Below are positions 59,984 to 64,000 of a DNA stretch of 64,000 bases, one piece after another. The DNA is from an uncultured delta proteobacterium. GTDB lineage: Bacteria > Desulfobacterota > Binatia > HRBIN30 > BPIQ01. A program made the translations under genes and the position numbers. Position 1 is the stretch's first letter; each line of letters starts with the position of its first letter. The stretch is from the NCBI GenBank assembly GCA_963761335.1, contig CAVXGR010000015.1, forward strand, positions 67,796 to 131,795, read 5' to 3'. The notes beneath the pieces were generated by a model that had not been told where the DNA came from, did not search any database, and saw only the letters and a list, made by a program, of their open reading frames with translations.

Positions 59984-61414
59984 ATGGGGGAGAAAGAGCT
60001 GATTCCCGATGTCCTCGCCGATCGCTATGCGAGCGAGGCGATGACGGCGATCTGGTCGCCGGCCGGCAAGGTGCGCCTCGAGCGCGAGCTTTGGATCGCG
60101 GTCATGCGGGCGCAGCGCGCCCTCGGCGTCGACATTCCCGAGGAGGCGATCGCCGCCTACGAGCGGGTCAAGGACCAGGTTGACCTCGCCGGCATCCGGC
60201 AACGCGAGCGCAAGCTGCGCCACGACGTCAAGGCGCGCATCGAGGAGCTCTGCGATCTGGCCGGCTACCAGCACATCCACAAGGGTCTGACCAGCCGCGA
60301 CCTCACGGAGAACGTCGAGCAGCTCCAAGTGCTGCGCTCGCTCCAGCTCCTGCGCGTCAAGTACGCCGCCGCCCTCCTGCGCCTGGCGGAGCGTGCCGAG
60401 GAGTTTCGCGCTCTCGTGCTGACGGCGCGGACGCACAACGTTCCCGCGCAGGCGACCACCCTGGGCAAGCGCCTGGCGATGTTCGGCGAGGAGATGCGCC
60501 TTGCCTTGGTGCGCCTCGAGAACCTCATCGACCGGTATCCACTTCGCGGCATCAAGGGCGCCGTTGGCACCCAGCTCGACCAGATCACCCTGCTCGGCGA
60601 CGCCGAGCGGGCACGGCACCTCGAAGAGGACGTGGTTCGCAACCTCGGCTTCCACGAGGCGCTTGGCGCCGTCGGCCAGGTGTATCCCCGCAGTCTGGAC
60701 CTCGAGGTGCTCTCGGCGCTGCTGCAGCTCGCTGCCGGTCCCAGCAGCTTTGCCAAGACGCTGCGGCTGATGACCGGATTCGAGCTCGCCTCGGAGGGTT
60801 TTCAGGAGGGCCAGGTAGGCTCGTCGGCGATGCCCCACAAGCGCAACGCCCGCAGCTGCGAGCGCATCAACGGTTTCACCGTCGTGCTCTCCGGATTTCT
60901 ACAGATGGGTGCGGGCCTTGCGGGTGATCAGTGGAACGAGGGAGACGTGTCCTGCTCGGTGGTCCGACGCGTGGCGCTGCCCGGGGCCATGTTCGCGATC
61001 GACGGCCTGCTCGACACGTTTCTCACCGTGGTGCGCGAGATGGAGGTCTATCCGGCGATGATCGACGCCGAGCGACAGCGCTACCTGCCCTTTCTGGCGA
61101 CCACCACGGTGCTCATGGCCGCGGTCAAGAAGGGGGCGGGGCGCGAGGCCGCTCATCAGGCCATTCAGCAGCACGCCGTGGCAGTGGCGGCACGCCTGCG
61201 CGAGGGCGGGCGCGAGGAGGCCGATCTCGTCGGTCGTCTGGCTGCGGACGCGCGCATCGGCCTGTCGCGGGCGGAGATCGAGGCGCTGTTCGCCGCCGAC
61301 GGTGAGCTGGTGGGCGCTGCCGTCGCCCAGACGGATGCTTTCGTGCAGGCGGCGAGGGCGCTGGCAGCGCGTATCCCCGATGCGGCTTCCTATCAGCCGC
61401 CGCCGCTCCTCTAG
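59984..61414 (+). CDS. purB: adenylosuccinate lyase (Bacillus-type PurB)
   Basis: DRYASEAMTAIWSPAGKV..., fumarate-lyase signature GSSAMPHKRN. 476 aa with a C-terminal extension. Confidence 0.8.
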   Translation: MGEKELIPDVLADRYASEAMTAIWSPAGKVRLERELWIAVMRAQRALGVDIPEEAIAAYERVKDQVDLAGIRQRERKLRHDVKARIEELCDLAGYQHIHKGLTSRDLTENVEQLQVLRSLQLLRVKYAAALLRLAERAEEFRALVLTARTHNVPAQATTLGKRLAMFGEEMRLALVRLENLIDRYPLRGIKGAVGTQLDQITLLGDAERARHLEEDVVRNLGFHEALGAVGQVYPRSLDLEVLSALLQLAAGPSSFAKTLRLMTGFELASEGFQEGQVGSSAMPHKRNARSCERINGFTVVLSGFLQMGAGLAGDQWNEGDVSCSVVRRVALPGAMFAIDGLLDTFLTVVREMEVYPAMIDAERQRYLPFLATTTVLMAAVKKGAGREAAHQAIQQHAVAVAARLREGGREEADLVGRLAADARIGLSRAEIEALFAADGELVGAAVAQTDAFVQAARALAARIPDAASYQPPPLL

Positions 61415-61469
61415 GAATGCCGTTCGCATCGGTTGCGGTGGCGCCGCGGATCGGTCAAAACCGTGGCCG

Positions 61470-62468
61470 ATGCGCTCGCGTACGCTGCTGAACGTTCTGC
61501 TGAGCCTGATCATCGGCGGCGGCTTCCTCTACCTCGCCTTTCACAATGTCTCCTTCGACCAACTCGGCGAAGCGTTTGCTCGCTTCGACGGCTGGTGGTT
61601 GATCCCGGCGGTAGTCGTCAGCCTGTTGCTGCAGATCTGTCGCACCTGGCGCTGGCAGCTGGAGCTGCGGCCGCTCGAGCGCCTCGGCTTCGGCCGCCTA
61701 TGGATCGTCACCAGCATTGCCTACATGGCGATCAATCTGCTCCCGGTTCGCCTGGGAGAGGTGGTGCGTCCGTGGTTGTTGTCGCGCCGTTCCTCGCTGA
61801 CCTTCTCGAACGTGGTTGGCAATTTGCTGTTCGAGAAGACGATGGATTCCTTCGTCATCGTTTTCTATATTCTCGTCGGCCTGCTCACCACCAGCAATCT
61901 GCCGCTCTGGGTGCGCCGCGGCGCCGTGGTGCCGGCCGTCGCCGCTCTCGTGCTTGCCGTGCTGGTGGTCCTGCTGTGGACCCGAGGTGAGTCGTTCTTC
62001 GATCGCTGGATTATCGGCTGGCTGCCGCATCGCTTCGGCCAGGGCCTGATGCGCATACTGCGCGCCCTCATCGAAGGTCTGAAGATCCTGCCGAACGGCA
62101 AGCTGGTGGCAGGGGTATTCGGGGCCTCGCTGCTCCTCTGGTTCCTGCCGATCCTCTCGAGCTACATTCTCATCTGCGCCTTCGACTTCGCCGTGCCGTT
62201 CAATGCGGCGGTGATCGTCTTCATCTTCATCGGCTTCGGAACGGCGCTGCCGCAGGCCCCGGGGATGATCGGAACCTATCAGTACGCCTGCATTCTCGCC
62301 CTTGGCCTATTTGGCGTCTCGCAGCCGGATGCCCTCGCTTACGGCCTGGTGCTCAACGCCATTCAGATCGTCACGCTCGTCGCCCAGGGTCTGGTCGCTC
62401 TGGCGCTGTCTGGCATCTCCATCGAGGAGATCGCCCGGGCGCAGCGCGAGGCGCCGCAGGTCGGCTGA
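61470..62468 (+). CDS. polytopic membrane protein, lysylphosphatidylglycerol-synthase-TM-region/flippase-like (UPF0104-like)
   Basis: About 8 TM helices, RxxxW...W pattern near the first loop (RTWRWQL). Internal Met used. Confidence 0.5.
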   Translation: MRSRTLLNVLLSLIIGGGFLYLAFHNVSFDQLGEAFARFDGWWLIPAVVVSLLLQICRTWRWQLELRPLERLGFGRLWIVTSIAYMAINLLPVRLGEVVRPWLLSRRSSLTFSNVVGNLLFEKTMDSFVIVFYILVGLLTTSNLPLWVRRGAVVPAVAALVLAVLVVLLWTRGESFFDRWIIGWLPHRFGQGLMRILRALIEGLKILPNGKLVAGVFGASLLLWFLPILSSYILICAFDFAVPFNAAVIVFIFIGFGTALPQAPGMIGTYQYACILALGLFGVSQPDALAYGLVLNAIQIVTLVAQGLVALALSGISIEEIARAQREAPQVG

Positions 62469-62486
62469 CGCGGGGGAGCGCTACCT

Positions 62487-63329
62487 TCAGCGACCGATGT
62501 GGGCGCCGCGCGGCAACAGGCGCGCGGCGATCCCGACCAGTGCTGGCACCAAGCGCGGGCGCAGCAGGCGGTTGTCGTAACCCCCGAGACGGCGTTCGTT
62601 CTCGCGCAGGCAGGTGTCGAGGAAAACGCGCGGCGAGAAATCGCCGAAGGATCCGTGGCTCTTCATGGCGAAGTTGTCCTGGCTCTCCGCACTGCCGACG
62701 TCGAGCGCCGTGCGGATGCGGCTGAGGATCTGCAGCCAGACCGCCAGGCCGCGGCGGAAGGCGTACTGCGGCTGCCCGAGGATCGGCACATGCACCTGCC
62801 GGTAGGCGATCCAGTTGGCGAAGAAGAGGATGTGGCGCGCCTCTTCCTGCATGATCGGATCGAAGATCTCGACCAGCGAGGGAGGAAAAAAGCCCGAGTC
62901 GCGTGCCAGAGCAAAGAGGCCAAAGGCGAAGAAGGAGTCGAAGCACTCGCCGTACCCCATGCGCATGAACGCCCATTCGGCATCGTGGGGCGAGGGGGGA
63001 TTCGGCCGCGGCTCGACGGCGATTCCGTAGTGCTGCGTCAGCAAGCGGAGGAGGATCGAGTGCCGCCCTTCCTCATATCCCTGCAGCGCGATCGCCTGGC
63101 GCAGCACCGGGTCGGACTCGACCACGGCCAGCGACTGTACCTTGACGGCCACATCCTGCTCCGTGTGTACCGCCTCGTTCCACACCGGAAGCGCGCTCAG
63201 CCTCTCCACTGTCTCTCCGTCCAGCGCCGGCCAGGTGACGGCGCCTGGGTCGTACGGATCGTGTGACTCGACGAAGGCCGTGCAGAAGGCAAGCTTGTGC
63301 TCTTCCGAACCCGGTCTGAGGGCTCCCAT
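62487..63329 (-). CDS. ferritin-like di-iron carboxylate protein (AurF/N-oxygenase- or desaturase-like)
   Basis: Two E-E-x-R-H motifs (QGYEEGRHS; MQEEARHILFF) spaced about 95 aa apart. Confidence 0.45.
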   Translation of the reverse strand: MGALRPGSEEHKLAFCTAFVESHDPYDPGAVTWPALDGETVERLSALPVWNEAVHTEQDVAVKVQSLAVVESDPVLRQAIALQGYEEGRHSILLRLLTQHYGIAVEPRPNPPSPHDAEWAFMRMGYGECFDSFFAFGLFALARDSGFFPPSLVEIFDPIMQEEARHILFFANWIAYRQVHVPILGQPQYAFRRGLAVWLQILSRIRTALDVGSAESQDNFAMKSHGSFGDFSPRVFLDTCLRENERRLGGYDNRLLRPRLVPALVGIAARLLPRGAHIGR

Positions 63330-63476
63330 GGCTCTCCCCCTCCTCGTTACCGCCGGCCGCCGTACCGGCGAGGCGCGCCTTGCTCCTCTCCGGTGCGCTC
63401 TGCCGACTTGGACGCGACGAAATGCTAGACAGCTGACGCCCCGAGGTCAACTGCTGCACTCGCTTGACGCGAGGCT

Positions 63477-63998
63477 TCAGCCCGAGGCGTCGGAGTTGCC
63501 GCGCGCCCGCTCCAGCTCCTCGCGCATGGCCCGCGGCAGGCGTACGACGCTGTCCACCATGCGGATCTCCGGAATCAGCTCCGCGAGGTTTGGAGGTGTC
63601 TGCGGCGCCTCTCGCATGCCGCGAAGACGCCGGAAGGCGGCGAGCAGCGGCGGTGCCATCGGTGCGACGCTGGTGCCGCGCATGGCCAGGATGCGGTGGC
63701 AGGGCGCCGCCAGGGAGAGATAAGCGGCGCCGTAGGCGCCGCCGCCGAGGACGCAGAGAAGAGGGTGACCGAGGAGGCGAGCGGCGACCAGGCTCTCGAG
63801 ACAGCGAGCCAGGGCGACGTGCAGCCCGTTGCGCTCTTCCTGGATCTGACTCGAGTGCCCCTGGCAGAAGAGGAAGATCAGAATGGGCGCGGTATCCGGC
63901 TGACGGACGGCGAAGTCCACCACCGCCGAGATGGCATGCGCCTCCTCGATGCCGATGCCGGTTCCGCCGGGTGGGTCGGGGCCGACCACGACGCTCAT
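63477..63998 (-). CDS. MdcE-like (malonate decarboxylase gamma / carboxyltransferase-like) protein, possibly 5'-truncated by the window end
   Basis: ILIFLFCQGHSSQIQEERNGLHVALARCLE...LCVLGGGAYGAAYLSLAAPCHRILAMRGTSVAPMAP resembles the MdcE pattern. The ORF reaches the window edge. Confidence 0.45.
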   Translation of the reverse strand: MSVVVGPDPPGGTGIGIEEAHAISAVVDFAVRQPDTAPILIFLFCQGHSSQIQEERNGLHVALARCLESLVAARLLGHPLLCVLGGGAYGAAYLSLAAPCHRILAMRGTSVAPMAPPLLAAFRRLRGMREAPQTPPNLAELIPEIRMVDSVVRLPRAMREELERARGNSDASG

Positions 63999-64000
63999 TG

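Noticed and set aside
54200-60838. Long minus ORFs (54200-55444, 56611-58467 upstream part, 58661-60838) opposite the paralog array and purB
   Set aside because: The sense genes have RBSs, signal peptides and a conserved family scaffold. Only the 3' 399 nt of 56611-58467 (DUF385-like) was kept.

Overview
This is a ~64 kb window of GC-rich (roughly 65-70%) bacterial chromosome. A lipoprotein at 9770-10477 carries Myxococcus-type cysteine-rich repeats (CGDG...EECDDGN...DGC...C), which together with the gene content points to a myxobacterial or related deltaproteobacterial-like genome. About two-thirds of the window is recognisable housekeeping, and genes are packed tightly with many 4-nt start/stop overlaps. 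The housekeeping genes I can name are clpB, a thiolase, ppiD, the mreBCD-mrdA-rodA rod-shape operon, trxA, nth, asnS, a family-4 uracil-DNA glycosylase, dprA-topA-trmFO, ilvE and purB. Three accessory regions stand out. (1) At 2.5-9.5 kb there is a four-gene cluster encoding a DUF1302-like outer-membrane barrel, a Ycf48/BNR-like propeller, an RND/MMPL exporter and a DUF1329-like periplasmic protein. (2) At 35.4-45.3 kb a second MMPL exporter abuts a divergent ACP-KAS / GNAT-type N-acyl synthase - 7TM-GAF histidine kinase module, flanked by an M23 peptidase and a polysaccharide deacetylase. This looks like a dedicated acyl-signal (or acyl-lipid) synthesis, export and sensing locus. (3) At 51.4-59.9 kb there is an 8.4 kb array of six paralogous, signal-peptide-bearing, cysteine-rich proteins of ~390-445 aa. 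They form three tandem A-B gene pairs, each pair with its own sigma70-like promoter, and a DUF385-type small oxidoreductase sits on the opposite strand between pairs 2 and 3. I cannot place this family in any characterised group, and I think it is the best candidate for an undescribed system. Smaller oddities are also noted: an 8-bp unit repeated 12 times in a promoter region, a C10 homopolymer between the ACP and KAS genes, a domain-inverted S24 peptidase, a DUF35-thiolase fusion, two tandem orphan sensor kinases and a few unlisted small ORFs. I found no rRNA, tRNA, CRISPR or obvious mobile elements by eye. All calls come from reading the sequence and from remembered family motifs; no database searches were run.
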